Assembly: GCA_041640595.1 (NCBI GenBank)
Contig: JBEPZY010000002.1
Coordinates: 146,984 to 210,983 of the forward strand
DNA length: 64,000 nucleotides
Source of the DNA: Gemmatales bacterium
Lineage (GTDB): Bacteria; Planctomycetota; Planctomycetia; Gemmatales; HRBIN36
Reading direction: 5' to 3'
Part shown: in pieces, positions 51,557-61,594 of the stretch
Layout: each line of letters opens with the position of its first letter
How positions within the stretch are numbered: the first letter of the stretch is position 1
Made by a program: the position numbers and the translations under genes
The notes under the pieces: model-generated
What the model saw: the letters and a program-made list of their open reading frames with translations, nothing else
Databases searched by the model: none
What the model was told of the DNA's origin: nothing

Positions 51557-51630
51557 TCACCCATTCCGGAAAATCGAGAACTGTTCGGTTGAGCCGCGGG
51601 CAGAGCTGTCGAAGGCCACCGGGAAATCGG

Positions 51631-52240
51631 TTCATCGTGCGTTGTGCGAAATTGCGAGTGCCCAGGTGCGGAACACGCGAATCCCGATTCCGCGGCGAAA
51701 CAGATTCATCGTGCGTTGTGCGAAATTGCGAGCGCCCCGGTGGGGAACACGGGAAGCCCGATTCCGAAGCGAAACGCATTGACCGCCACGGCCAAAAATG
51801 GACGGATTGCCGGTTGAAATCGTTGCGCTGCGTTTGGGCCCGAACCAGTTCCCCCGCGCTAAGGCGAGAATGGATCGATCGGCGTTCCTAGTCGTGAGCT
51901 GGCACCGTGAAACCTACGCAAATCTTTATTGCCTTGGAGGGCTATGCGGCGTTCCTAGTCGTCGTGAGCTGGCACTGTGAAACCGTGCGATCGGTCCGAG
52001 CGAAACGTCGCTAACAATGAGACATGGGGGCATGATTCGCACGTGACTGGCGATTCGGCGAGCACCTGGAGCCAGCGTTGGGATCACCGTCACCGTGCGG
52101 TTCACTCACACAGAAAGCAGTGTGCGCGGCTCGAGCACGACGAGAGCGGTTCGGTTTCGGGTAGCGGCGTTCGCTCACGCAGAAGGTAGTGTACGTGGTT
52201 TGACGTTCGAGCGGGTGCAGTCGATTCGTTGCTGCGGCGC
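51631..52240. repeat. Three direct-repeat pairs (periods 74, 67-70, 69 nt)
   Basis: TTCATCGTGCGTTGTGCGAAATTGCGAG at 51631/51705. CGGCGTTCCTAGTC(GTC)GTGAGCTGGCACYGTGAAACC at 51880/51947. GTTCRCTCACRCAGAARGYAGTGTRCG at 52100/52169. Confidence 0.85.
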
Positions 52241-52543
52241 GGTTTGCTCAGTAGCTTACGCAACAGCACCACGGCCCGTAACAATCTGCTCCCGGTTGCT
52301 CCGTTGCTGCTGAGCGGTTTGCTCATGCGGAAAGGGGAAATGTCCGGGAGGGCGAGAGTTGACGAACCCCGTAGCGATGTGATAGCTTGAAATAGTAGTG
52401 CCCAGGGAGAGCGGTGGGCACGACTGGTGTGGGAAACGAGAGGGGCCGCAGGGCTGGGCGCTGAGTTTGCGCCCGGTATAAAATGAACAGGAGCACAAGC
52501 GTCACCAATCCGGACGAGCACGTCCACGAGGAGTGGCATCCTC

Positions 52544-55210
52544 ATGCCAGAAAAACCGACCGGGGTCTGGGGTATTGATGTTGGTCAGTGCAGTTTCAAG
52601 GCGCTGCGCCTGGAGAACCGCGACGGCGAAGTCGTGGCGACCGCCTTTGACTTCATTGAATATCCGAAAATTCTCAGTCAGCCGGATGCCGATCCCGACG
52701 CACTGGTGCGGCAAGCTCTGGAACAATTCCTGGCCCGCAATAAAGTCAAAGGCGATCTGGTAGCGATCTCGGTGCCCGGCCAAACCGGCTTGGCACGCTT
52801 TGTCAAACTGCCTCCGGTGGAAGAGAAAAAGATCCCCGACATCGTCCGTTTCGAGGCCAAACAGCAGATTCCGTTTCCTCTGGATGAAGTGGTCTGGGAC
52901 TGGCAAACCATCCGTCGCGGCGAGGTGGCCGAGGGATTCGTCGAAAACGAAATCGGTTTGTTCGCCTTGAAGCGCGAGGTCGTGCTAAAGGCGTTGCAGG
53001 TGTTCCGCGATCTCAAAATCGAAGTGCACATTGTGCAAATGACGCCGCTGGCTTTGCTCAACTTCGCGGTGTTCGATCTGCTGGGGCGCAGCGGAACCGC
53101 CCAGGACGAGCCACCGGAACCGGATCGCGAAGGCAAAGTCCCGTGTCTGGTGGTGCTCGACATGGGCACCGATAGCAGCAACCTGGTGATCACGGATGGG
53201 TACCGCATTATCTGGCAGCGTCCGATTCCGGTAGGCGGCAACCATTTCACCCGTGTGCTCAGCAAGGATATGAAGTTGACGTTCGCCAAAGCAGAGCATT
53301 TGAAGCGCAACGCCACCAAGGCCGAAGACCCACGCAAGGTTTTCCAGAGCATGCGGGCGGTTTTCAGCGACCTGGCCGGCGAAGTGAGTCGGTCGCTGGG
53401 CTATTTCGCCAGTCAGCATCGCGATGCCAAAGTCGAACGCCTGGTCGGTCTGGGCAACGGTTTTCGTTTGCCCGGTATGCAGAAGTTCCTCGAACAGGCC
53501 CTGGAATTGCCTGTGGAGCGACTGAGCCAATTTCAGCGTTTGAAGGGAGAAGAAGTACTCAAGGCCCCGACTTTTTACGAAAATACGCTGACGTTTGGGG
53601 TGGCTTACGGGTTGGCCCTGCAGGGACTGGAACGGGCGAAGATTCACACCAATTTACTGCCTCCGGAGTTCCATCGCGAGCGATTCATCCGTGCGAAAAA
53701 ACCGTGGCTGGCAGCGACAGCCGCGGCGTTGCTGGTGGGTGTAACCGTTTATGCGGTTTCCGCAGCCGACAAGCTGGCGAAAGCCACCGCCCTGTTCAAC
53801 ACGCGATCGCATCTCGACGATGCCGAGGCTGAGGCACGCAAGCGGGAACAACAGGCGCGGGAGGAAATGGAGAGAACCCGCCGCGCCCTCGAAGCCGCCG
53901 AGGCGATGTTGCGTGGCAACCGCGAGCGCATCAACTGGTTGTTGCTGCACAAATTTATTGTTGATTGCCTGCCCCAGCCCAACGGCGTCAATGTGCCCAG
54001 GCAATACCTGGACAAATACTGGACCACGGCTCGCGGAGAAGCCCAGCAAGCCTATTTACGCCTGCGGCAACTGGAAGAGCGCGATCAGAAATATCGCATT
54101 GACCGCAGCCACCTCATCGAAATCAACATCCAGGCAGTTTTCGCCCGGTATGTCACCCCGCCCGTGGCCGAGGTGGCCCTCAACCGCATCTATAACGAGA
54201 GCACCTACGGAATCAACCAGTTCGCCGGCTGGCCGGACTGGGATGTGACTCCTGGTCAGCCACCGCGACTGAAAAACCCACCCCGACAGGACGGCTGGCT
54301 GATCGAAATTCAGGGGTTCACCTATCATGACAAAGGTGTGGACTTCGTGCTGGAGACCCTGGTTCACAATTTGCGCGACCCGTCCAAACGCAGTGTGCGT
54401 GTGCCACGAGATGCTCACGAACTGAGGCGGTTTTTGCAAAGCCTGGCCGAAGCTCAGCGCAATCGTGCTCTGCTGGGCCAGGCCCAGGCCGATTTGCGGA
54501 AATCGGAATCGGTGCTGCCTCCGTCCGGCGGAACCAAACCGTCGGGTGGTTCGCCAGCGGGTACGGCTGAACCGCAGCCCGGTGATGCGGATTACCGTCT
54601 GGATATTGGTTATGTGGCGTTATTCCAGCATCGCGTGGACATAGTTCGGCAAAACCAGGCCAAACCGTTTTACAAGATCGGTCGGCAAATCTGGCTGAAC
54701 GGTTTGCTGCGTGGAGGAGGCGGTCTGGATTCGGGATTTCGGCCTGGCTTTCCCGCGGGCGGTGGGGGCAGTGCGCCGGGCGGCGGTGGTATGGATGCGG
54801 GGGGACGGGGACCGGGCAGTTTTGGTGGTGCCGGGCAGGACTGGGTGGGCCTGGGGCAATCGTTTGGAGTGGGCGGGCCCATGGGCGACGCGGCTCCGGG
54901 AAGAGGTGGTGGCGGGGCAGTTGCTGCTGAGCCGACCCCGGAAAAAGACGCGGCCACGCGACCCCTGGCGCCCGGCGAACTCCGTCGCACCGAGTTTGTC
55001 ATCATCTTGTTCTGGAACGAACCGCGACCGACCGAGGCCTCGTGGGAACAATGGCAACGTGCCGTAACGCCCCCGGCAGGCGGTGCGGGTATGCCGGGCG
55101 CTGTGCCCGGAGGTGGGCCAGGACCGGGAGCCCAACCGCCACCAGCACCGGCCGCACCACCGGAACAGAAACCTGGCGGGTTCGGCCGCAAGATTGATGT
55201 GGACGTCTGA
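52544..55210 (+). CDS. pilM: Type IV pilus assembly protein PilM with fused PilN-like C-terminal half
   Basis: VWGIDVGQ..FKAL, FEAKQQIPFPLDEVVWD, LDMGTDSSN, GGNHFT and VAYGLALQG. Then PilN signature TNLLP, a TM helix, a coiled coil and a Gly/Pro tail. Confidence 0.9.
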   Translation: MPEKPTGVWGIDVGQCSFKALRLENRDGEVVATAFDFIEYPKILSQPDADPDALVRQALEQFLARNKVKGDLVAISVPGQTGLARFVKLPPVEEKKIPDIVRFEAKQQIPFPLDEVVWDWQTIRRGEVAEGFVENEIGLFALKREVVLKALQVFRDLKIEVHIVQMTPLALLNFAVFDLLGRSGTAQDEPPEPDREGKVPCLVVLDMGTDSSNLVITDGYRIIWQRPIPVGGNHFTRVLSKDMKLTFAKAEHLKRNATKAEDPRKVFQSMRAVFSDLAGEVSRSLGYFASQHRDAKVERLVGLGNGFRLPGMQKFLEQALELPVERLSQFQRLKGEEVLKAPTFYENTLTFGVAYGLALQGLERAKIHTNLLPPEFHRERFIRAKKPWLAATAAALLVGVTVYAVSAADKLAKATALFNTRSHLDDAEAEARKREQQAREEMERTRRALEAAEAMLRGNRERINWLLLHKFIVDCLPQPNGVNVPRQYLDKYWTTARGEAQQAYLRLRQLEERDQKYRIDRSHLIEINIQAVFARYVTPPVAEVALNRIYNESTYGINQFAGWPDWDVTPGQPPRLKNPPRQDGWLIEIQGFTYHDKGVDFVLETLVHNLRDPSKRSVRVPRDAHELRRFLQSLAEAQRNRALLGQAQADLRKSESVLPPSGGTKPSGGSPAGTAEPQPGDADYRLDIGYVALFQHRVDIVRQNQAKPFYKIGRQIWLNGLLRGGGGLDSGFRPGFPAGGGGSAPGGGGMDAGGRGPGSFGGAGQDWVGLGQSFGVGGPMGDAAPGRGGGGAVAAEPTPEKDAATRPLAPGELRRTEFVIILFWNEPRPTEASWEQWQRAVTPPAGGAGMPGAVPGGGPGPGAQPPPAPAAPPEQKPGGFGRKIDVDV

Positions 55211-55333
55211 AATGGCACGTGGGAGCGGGCAATCTGGCGAACTGAAACTATCGGAATATTCGCCTGGTAACCGATACGGGCCGGGCCAACCGATGGGTCA
55301 GCGCGGATGCCATCGAGCTGGCGGGGCTGAATC

Positions 55334-57976
55334 ATGAAACTGGACAAGGACACACTGGTCAAACAACGGTTCTGGTTTCTGTTGCCGCTGGGCCTGGTGC
55401 TGATTTTCATGGCCCTGGGCTCGGTCTGGAGCATTAACAGCGAAGCCGAGCAGAAGTATCGGGAAGTCGTAACCAAAGTAAATTCGGTTCTGCAGGCAGG
55501 TTATAAACCGGTTGTCAGTGACCAGCTCATTGAGATTCTCCGCAAGCAACGCGAAGATGCAGAGCGGCTGAAACAGCAGTTGTGGGAGCAGTTGTTCGGT
55601 TTGCAAAACCAGGTGGAGCTGGAAGGTGAGGTGCGGGTGATTCGGCGACCGTTCATTATCTGGCCGGAACACGAGGCTTTCCAGGAGTTTGCCGTTTTCG
55701 ATTTCGGTGAGCCACTGGATCGCAAGAAATTCCCGCATGAGCTGTTTCGTAACTTTTTCCCGCGGTTGTACGAGGACTTGCTGGGAATCCTGCCGCTTTA
55801 CGACGAAAAGACCGGACGCGGTGCGGTGCGCGCCAATCCCCACGCAGGTGCGGTCCGCGGAGGTGGCGGTCCAGGAAAACCGCGCGGCTTGTTCGGAGCG
55901 GCTCCTGGAAATATTGCGGTCGCAGAAGGAATCACCACCCGGGAGCAAATGCTGGCCGTGCTCGACCCGCCCACTTTCGGTGAGGGAACGCTTACCGCGG
56001 ATGAAATCTGGACGGCTCTGGAAGATGTCGCCATCAAACGGGAACTGTTGCTAACCCTGGCCAGCGTCCTGGACAATTTCGCCACGCTCCATCCCGAGTT
56101 CCAGCCCCTGATCGAATCGGAGAGCGAATCCGCGAAGCCGCCGGAAAAGACGCCCGCCAAGCCGGATAAAGTCCCGCCGGGAGTACCTGTAAAGGCGCCC
56201 TTTGGCGCCAAGCCGACCGAACAACCACCAGTCAGTCCTGAGGGCATCAAGCCAGCCGGTCAGGAATCTGCGGACAAACCTGCCGAGAAAGCGGAGACTA
56301 AAAAGCCCGGCCCGTCCAAACCCCAGCGGCGTGTCCTGTTCCGCGAGCGCTTTTACAACACCGTCTGGCACTATGACATTGCTCCGCCCGAATTGAAAGA
56401 CCCTCAGCAGCCCCTGCCTGTGCTTGGACGCGAGGAAGGCTGGTTGCTGGAGGTGCAGGTGAGTACCGAGTTGGCCGAGGCGGAGGCGAAGGCCACCGCT
56501 AAAAAGCCCGCTCGCGAATACTACCTGGAGATCACCAGCTTCAATTACTCGCCCCGTTTCGAAATACCAAAGATGCCGCTGCGTATCTGGCTGGAAACAA
56601 CGCAGGGGCAGCGGTTTTATGTAGATGTTCCTGATGCCGGTAGTGTGGCGAAAGCGGCAGCGGAGACCGGTAAACCTGCAACGTCGGCCAGTCCGCCGCC
56701 GGCTATGCGCACGGTAGAGCCAGTTCGATTCCAGTTGCCCCCGGCACCTGCGAAGCCGGACGGGAAACCTGCCGGCGACGACGAACCGGAGGCTATTCTG
56801 GGTATTCAGCGACCGCCTCCTGCTGGGGCGCTGGATTACCATCGGCTTGCCAATCCGCACTGGATTGTGGACGTGGAACTGCGGCGGGCCAAGGAAGGGG
56901 CGGGGTACCAGCTGATCGGCGTGCTGTACAACCGCAGTGGTCGCCGACAGATCCCACCCGCCTTCGAGTTCACACTTTCCGATGGTACAAACGAGTTGAA
57001 GCGCGAACTGCGGCCAGTCAAAGAACCGCTCGACAGCTATCACGCGAGAAAGTTTGAGGAAACGTTCTTGCTGGCCCAACAGGTACGCCAGATCGTCGGC
57101 GTCAAACAGGTGCTCGATTGGCAAACCGCACCGATTAAGCGAATTGACACGATCCGGATCGGAGAACCGGCCCTGGCTCAGGCTGACCGTATCTGGCATG
57201 TCCGGCTGCAGTTTTATCCATTCCACAAAAAGCAACGGCCGGGGCAGGAGGATGTTCTCGGTTACAGCGAGGTGCTCTTACGTTATATCGGTGGTGGCGG
57301 GGCGGGGTCTGCCGGTGCAGCACCGGGTGCAGGTCCCAAACCGGGCTTCGGTGGTGGAACCGGGCCGGGTGGTGATGCCGGTTTTGGCTTCGGCCAGCAG
57401 CAGGCCGGGGGTGAAACTTCCCGCAACGGCATTGCTCTGCGCCGCTATTTCCCGCAAGGTCCGAGCGATACCCGCGACATGCCAGACACGCTTCCCGAAG
57501 TGCGACGGTTGCCAATCGCTCTGGTCGTGATCGCCGACTACCCGGCCATGAGCGACATCCTGACGGCGATGGCCAATTCACGCTTGCGGATTCAGGTGAC
57601 GCAGGCGGTTTGGGCTCGCACGCCGCCGCTGGGCCCACCGCCACCCCCTGCGGGTACCAAACCGGCACCCGGAGGCACCAAACCGGGGGCAGCGACCGCT
57701 CCGAAGCCTGATACCAGTGGCGCCGCGGGAGCGGATGTTGTCGGTAGCGAAGCCGCCGAGGTGAACCTGATCGAGCTTCAGATTTACGGTCTGGCGACCA
57801 TTTACGAAAATCCCTACCGGCGGGAGGAATTTCAACAGTCCGGTGGCGGTGGTCCTCGCATCGGGCCACCGGGTGGCGGCGGACGACCTGGGGAGTGGCG
57901 ACCGTGGGGAGGAGATTCGCGGGGACGCAGCTCGCCATTCGGTGGCGGATCCCGCCGATTCCGCGGCCGGCGATGA
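55334..57976 (+). CDS. Large membrane-anchored hypothetical protein (PilO-position in pilM operon)
   Basis: N-terminal TM (QRFWFLLPLGLVLIFMAL), coiled coil, Pro/Gly-rich inserts, and C-terminal RRLPIALVV...LTAMANSRL...ELQIYGLATIY. Confidence 0.72.
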   Translation: MKLDKDTLVKQRFWFLLPLGLVLIFMALGSVWSINSEAEQKYREVVTKVNSVLQAGYKPVVSDQLIEILRKQREDAERLKQQLWEQLFGLQNQVELEGEVRVIRRPFIIWPEHEAFQEFAVFDFGEPLDRKKFPHELFRNFFPRLYEDLLGILPLYDEKTGRGAVRANPHAGAVRGGGGPGKPRGLFGAAPGNIAVAEGITTREQMLAVLDPPTFGEGTLTADEIWTALEDVAIKRELLLTLASVLDNFATLHPEFQPLIESESESAKPPEKTPAKPDKVPPGVPVKAPFGAKPTEQPPVSPEGIKPAGQESADKPAEKAETKKPGPSKPQRRVLFRERFYNTVWHYDIAPPELKDPQQPLPVLGREEGWLLEVQVSTELAEAEAKATAKKPAREYYLEITSFNYSPRFEIPKMPLRIWLETTQGQRFYVDVPDAGSVAKAAAETGKPATSASPPPAMRTVEPVRFQLPPAPAKPDGKPAGDDEPEAILGIQRPPPAGALDYHRLANPHWIVDVELRRAKEGAGYQLIGVLYNRSGRRQIPPAFEFTLSDGTNELKRELRPVKEPLDSYHARKFEETFLLAQQVRQIVGVKQVLDWQTAPIKRIDTIRIGEPALAQADRIWHVRLQFYPFHKKQRPGQEDVLGYSEVLLRYIGGGGAGSAGAAPGAGPKPGFGGGTGPGGDAGFGFGQQQAGGETSRNGIALRRYFPQGPSDTRDMPDTLPEVRRLPIALVVIADYPAMSDILTAMANSRLRIQVTQAVWARTPPLGPPPPPAGTKPAPGGTKPGAATAPKPDTSGAAGADVVGSEAAEVNLIELQIYGLATIYENPYRREEFQQSGGGGPRIGPPGGGGRPGEWRPWGGDSRGRSSPFGGGSRRFRGRR

Positions 57977-58077
57977 CCTTGCCGTGCCGCCCGTGCGTCG
58001 CCATAATCAAGAGTAGAGGGGGACTCGCGCACATTACTGCCCGTCTCTGACGGGTTTACGTTCCGAGGGACCTGGCC

Positions 58078-60444
58078 ATGAAGAACCTGCAGATCGGCAA
58101 GTGGTTGGCGGAATACGGCGAGCGGATTGCTCTGGGCGTGGCCCTGGTGATCATGCTGCTGTTGTCGCTATGGGGCCTTCTCAGCTCCGGTCCCGACCTG
58201 ACACCAGACAAAGCCAGGCAAGTGGCCGATGACCTCAAACGCAAGTTGCGAACCCAGCCAGCTAGCGAACAGATGCTCCGCCAGTACCTGCCGGTCAGGG
58301 TCGAGGAAATCGAGCGGAACACAGAAGGCGTCATCAACGCGATTCCTGCCGGTGCCATCAACCTGGATAAACGGATAGGCCGGCCCGGAGAACTGGGCGG
58401 ATTATTCCGGCGAAATCCGAAGGTCCTGGAGCCAGTGGCTACGAAAGGTGCCCCGGTTTTCGTCGTGCACAGTCGTTATGAGGTGGTCTGTGAACGGGAC
58501 CGGAAAACCAATCAGGTTGTGTGCTATACCTGGGTCGTGCAGCCCAAACCGGGCGTGAAAGCACCGGAATTGAAGGCCACTCCGACCAAGCCCAACGATC
58601 CCCGACAGCAGTTGCTGCAACAGCGGCTCGAAAACTGGCGGCGATTCTTCTCAGGAATGGGAGCGATGGCTGGGCCCGGAGGCGTGCCAGGACCGGGCGG
58701 ACCTATGTTACCGCCTATGGGAGCCGGTGGGGCAGAAGGAAGCGGACCGGGCGGATCCGCTGCTGTGGCCGGTGTCCAGAACGTGAATGTCGAGACCCAG
58801 TATGAACTCAAGCTGGTTCCCGTAACCGAATCGGCAAAATATCCCCTGGCCGAGTTCCTCAATTGCCGCGAAGCAGTGTTGCTGGTGGCTGCTTTCCCGT
58901 ATGCGGAGCAGATGCAGGAAATTGCCGATGCCCTGCTACTGGAACGGCATCAGGCTCCCAGCCTGTTCAAAGGAATCGAGGTGCAGAAGCGTGTTTTTGC
59001 CCTGGGCGATAACCTGCGGGGTATTCCCGACGAGTTGATTATCTGGGACCCGCAAACCAATGACCTGCGTCGGGTTGCTTACACACCGGATTTGCCCAAC
59101 CGCGAGGAACTCGGCTGGCTGCCGGTCAATGTTCAGGCCGCCGCTTTGCAGGTCGCTTCCGCGGTTGATTTTGAACAGGAAGAAGACCCGTTGTGGCAGG
59201 TTTTGCTGAGTTTTTCCCGGCGGCTGGTCATGCGCCTTCCGAAAATGCACGGTTCCGGCACCTATCCGTGGAAAGAGTTAGCGCAGAGCATCCCGCAAAT
59301 CCGCGAAACGATCAAGAAAATCGAAGAGAATCAAAAGCTCTTCCAGAAACCGCCCGAGGAAGATCCGCGTCTCAAACCGAATGTCAACGAAGCTTTCGAG
59401 GACGTAAGCCCAGTGCGGCCGGCAGTCGGTCCGATGGGCGAAGGGAGTGACGCCGGGCCTCATCCAGGCGGTTTCGGAAGCGCTCCGGGCGGGCCGGCAA
59501 AACCACCGCAACTGCTCAAACCCAACCTCGGCGGTGGCAGTGCTCCAGCCGGGCCGAAAATCCCTGCTGAATCCAACCAGCCGGCAGCCGCCCCGGCTCC
59601 CGTCATTGTGACCGAATGGCCGGACTACTGCCTCATTCGTTTCCTCGACATCTTCGATCGCCGTGCGGACATGCGTTTCTACCCCCACGCATCGGGAGGC
59701 AGACCTATCGGTGTGCAGTACCGCATCCGCGTCGTTCTCCAGAATCCCAATTTCCGCGAAACCAGGGTGCAGCGACCGGAGATGGCTTTGCCCGAAACTC
59801 TCGAAGGCCCGTGGAGTCCGCCTTCGGAAATTATGCCGCTCCATTACGCCACCTATCTGTATGCCGAACCGCGCGACACTAAGGTGACCGGCCGGCTCGA
59901 CCAAACCCCGGTGCAAATCCATCGCTGGCTGGGTATCATCTATCAGCTCGACAAGCGTGATGCCGAGCTGGCCGTCGGGGATTGGGTAGTCGGCTCCACC
60001 TGGGTGGGTCGTGGAGAATACGTCGGCCAGTATGCAGAAGTGCCCCTGGCTGTCTGGGCCCCGCATGTACCGGCCGAGCCCGCCGCAGGCGTCGGTGGGG
60101 CTGTGGGGCACCGCTTTGGCCGATTCATTTACGTCCACAACGTCAAAACCGACGCCTTCAAAACCGGTTCCATTTTGCTGGATTTCGACAACAACTACAC
60201 CTGGAACGACTATGCCCGCCAGAAACTGAACAATTCGCTCAACGTCACCACCGATCTCGTGCCGCAGGAGGTGCTCATCTTCACTGAAGATGGCCGCATC
60301 ATTGCACGCAACGCCCAGCGCGACGCCAGCGACGCCGATCGCAAGAAACGCGAGGAAACCTGGAAAAAACGCCTCGAGGAACTGCAGAAAACTTCCGCTC
60401 CTGGCGGCCCGAGCAAACCTTTCAATCCCTTCGGCGGCTCGTGA
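58078..60444 (+). CDS. Large membrane-anchored hypothetical protein (third gene of pilM operon)
   Basis: N-terminal TM, Gly/Pro-rich linkers, and LIRFLD...YRIRVVLQNPNF...WSPPS resembling an FN3-like strand pattern. Confidence 0.72.
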   Translation: MKNLQIGKWLAEYGERIALGVALVIMLLLSLWGLLSSGPDLTPDKARQVADDLKRKLRTQPASEQMLRQYLPVRVEEIERNTEGVINAIPAGAINLDKRIGRPGELGGLFRRNPKVLEPVATKGAPVFVVHSRYEVVCERDRKTNQVVCYTWVVQPKPGVKAPELKATPTKPNDPRQQLLQQRLENWRRFFSGMGAMAGPGGVPGPGGPMLPPMGAGGAEGSGPGGSAAVAGVQNVNVETQYELKLVPVTESAKYPLAEFLNCREAVLLVAAFPYAEQMQEIADALLLERHQAPSLFKGIEVQKRVFALGDNLRGIPDELIIWDPQTNDLRRVAYTPDLPNREELGWLPVNVQAAALQVASAVDFEQEEDPLWQVLLSFSRRLVMRLPKMHGSGTYPWKELAQSIPQIRETIKKIEENQKLFQKPPEEDPRLKPNVNEAFEDVSPVRPAVGPMGEGSDAGPHPGGFGSAPGGPAKPPQLLKPNLGGGSAPAGPKIPAESNQPAAAPAPVIVTEWPDYCLIRFLDIFDRRADMRFYPHASGGRPIGVQYRIRVVLQNPNFRETRVQRPEMALPETLEGPWSPPSEIMPLHYATYLYAEPRDTKVTGRLDQTPVQIHRWLGIIYQLDKRDAELAVGDWVVGSTWVGRGEYVGQYAEVPLAVWAPHVPAEPAAGVGGAVGHRFGRFIYVHNVKTDAFKTGSILLDFDNNYTWNDYARQKLNNSLNVTTDLVPQEVLIFTEDGRIIARNAQRDASDADRKKREETWKKRLEELQKTSAPGGPSKPFNPFGGS

Positions 60445-60553
60445 AGCTCGCGGCAGGACTCTTTTGCGCAGGTTAGGATAACAGCTCCCCCAGCAATTTC
60501 CTTGACTCGGTGGATTCCGCGTGATTTGCGGACATGCGACACCGAATGCGGTT

Positions 60554-61525
60554 TCAACAACAACCGGTCCATCGGGCGTGCCAGGTCGGTGGCGTGTACG
60601 CAATGAACGGAAACTGCTTCAGCCTCCGGGCAGCGTTGCGGGAGACGGGCATCGGCACGCCGCGCGGCAAACAGGTTCCGCTCACCGGATCACGCCAGGC
60701 GGGTTCGCTTCCGATATAAGTTACCGTCTCGCCGACAAACACGGCCGGCCCATCCGCTTCGCCCGCGCACTTGTGCGCCACGATTTCGACGCTTTCCAGC
60801 AACACCGGCTCCTGCAGTTGGGGAAACTCCGCCGGAGTCAGTACGCGATAGGGAAATCGTGCCCGCACTTCGATTCGGCCAAATCCCGCCTCGCCCAGCA
60901 ACTCCAGATATCGTTCCAGCGTCGTGCAGCCGGAAATGCAGCGCGCCCGCAGGCGATCGTCTTCGGTCAGGCTGGCCGGCAGGGGCACCGGCGTAATCGG
61001 GTCGCTGGTGAAAAATCGGCCCTGCGGTCGCAGGACACGAACGATCTCCGCCAGAGCCTGCCGCAGTTCGCTTTCGCGGAAAACGTTGAACAAACAGTTC
61101 TGTGCCGCCACGCTGACACTGCTGTCGGCCAGCGGCAAAGCCAACGCATTTCCCTCGCGGATATCCACGAATTCCAGCCGGAACCAGGGATTGAGCGATT
61201 CGGCCAGGCGGAGGTTTTCGAGAGCGGCCTGGCGCATCTCCGCCACCGGGTCCACGCCGATCACACCACCCGGCCGGCGTACCAGATAGGCGAATTGCAA
61301 CAGCTCCAGCCCACCTCCCACGCCCACATACAGCACCGTATCTTCGTCCCGCACCTCTCGCGGATCTACCGTGCTACCGCAACCGTAATTCATTTCCAGC
61401 ATCCGCTGCGGATAGTGTAATCCGGGCAAACGCCAGACCGCATTCGGCAAGCAACACAGCCCCGCATCCGGTTGCCGTGCCGCCTCCGCATACACCTGCT
61501 CCACAACCCGCAAGTAATCCTGCAT
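60554..61525 (-). CDS. arsM: Arsenite S-adenosylmethionine methyltransferase (cyanobacterial/arsenosugar ArsM type)
   Basis: GLCC, EMNYGCGSTV, LYVGVGGG.E.LQFAY, AAQNCLFN, RARCISG and C-terminal WH...GCC. Confidence 0.82.
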   Translation of the reverse strand: MQDYLRVVEQVYAEAARQPDAGLCCLPNAVWRLPGLHYPQRMLEMNYGCGSTVDPREVRDEDTVLYVGVGGGLELLQFAYLVRRPGGVIGVDPVAEMRQAALENLRLAESLNPWFRLEFVDIREGNALALPLADSSVSVAAQNCLFNVFRESELRQALAEIVRVLRPQGRFFTSDPITPVPLPASLTEDDRLRARCISGCTTLERYLELLGEAGFGRIEVRARFPYRVLTPAEFPQLQEPVLLESVEIVAHKCAGEADGPAVFVGETVTYIGSEPAWRDPVSGTCLPRGVPMPVSRNAARRLKQFPFIAYTPPTWHARWTGCC

Positions 61526-61594
61526 GGCCAACTCCCAGAATGTGTCCGGATAAGCCTGCCCGGTTACAGAATCATACGCAGCGTTCCGCGAGAC

